Made by a program: the position numbers and the translations under genes
Assembly (NCBI GenBank): GCA_902798365.1
Contig: CADBWP010000013.1
Coordinates: 6,885 to 70,884 of the forward strand
Origin: an uncultured Ruminococcus sp.
GTDB taxonomy: Bacteria > Bacillota > Clostridia > Oscillospirales > Acutalibacteraceae
DNA: 64,000 nt
Direction: 5' to 3'
In this document: piece after piece, positions 63,732 through 64,000 of the stretch
Numbering within the stretch: the first letter of the stretch is position 1
How the letters are laid out: every line of letters starts with the position of its first letter
The notes under the pieces: model-generated
What the model saw: the letters and a program-made list of their open reading frames with translations, nothing else
Told to the model about the DNA's origin: nothing
The model's database searches: none

Positions 63732-63752
63732 AAAACGCATGAGTAAAACATA

Positions 63753-63793
63753 AAAAACCGGGCGGAGTGGAAAACCCATCTCTGTCCGGTTTT
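63753..63793. terminator. Bidirectional terminator between convergent genes
   Basis: AAAACCGGGCGGAG...CTCTGTCCGGTTTT stem with flanking A and T tracts. Confidence 0.65.
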
Positions 63794-63827
63794 ATGTTCG
63801 ATCGAATACGTTAAAAAATGCTATTTG

Positions 63828-64000
63828 CTATTTCCAAGGGCGTTTTTTCTCTGTCCAGCCCTTTGCCTTCCAGTAATCGACGTCTTTTTTGTTCCAGCCG
63901 TTCTTTTGAGCAAGGCGCATAACGCCAAACATCAGCTTGGTTTTGAGCGACGGTGTCACCCTGCCGTGCCTTTTCTTTATCTTGTCGGCTATGGTGCTTG
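63828..64000 (-). CDS. 3' end of a gene running off the window, probably a flavodoxin/NADPH-FMN reductase family protein
   Basis: Reverse frame ...PSLKTKLMFGVMR...DVDYWKAKGWTEKKRPWK*; family call from recall of this C-terminal motif only. Confidence 0.5.
   Translation of the reverse strand, partial: STIADKIKKRHGRVTPSLKTKLMFGVMRLAQKNGWNKKDVDYWKAKGWTEKKRPWK

Overview
Chromosomal window from a Clostridia (Ruminococcus/Oscillospiraceae-like, inferred from a type-I dockerin and Gram-positive-type galT, cpsCD and V-ATPase genes). Nearly all genes are on the + strand. There are five blocks. (1) 185-25526: a Wzx/Wzy polysaccharide locus with many tailoring genes (3-hydroxyacyl-CoA dehydrogenase plus thiolase, acetyltransferases, pyruvyl transferase plus Fe-S reductase, ATP-grasp, CotH kinase, complete 2-aminoethylphosphonate genes). 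(2) 25754-33651: an alpha-galactoside/Leloir operon. (3) 34374-42886: a V/A-type ATPase operon. (4) 43287-52683: a giant surface protein and an LRR-dockerin gene behind a (GACA)12 leader ORF plus terminator that looks like a phase-variable attenuator. (5) 52957-63731: an unusual gene cluster with an Hsp70-like ATPase, an acidic DxDGDG/C39-like peptidase, a HerA/FtsK-like ATPase, a membrane GrpE-like protein, a catalytically dead peptidase paralog, two paralogous partner proteins and a LytTR pseudo-response regulator with a candidate binding site. Block 5 is the best candidate for an undescribed system. Several abrupt mid-gene junctions (~5720, ~12360, ~18880, ~45890, ~48467) suggest deletions or assembly joins. 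All annotations are by-eye motif recognition; no searches were run.
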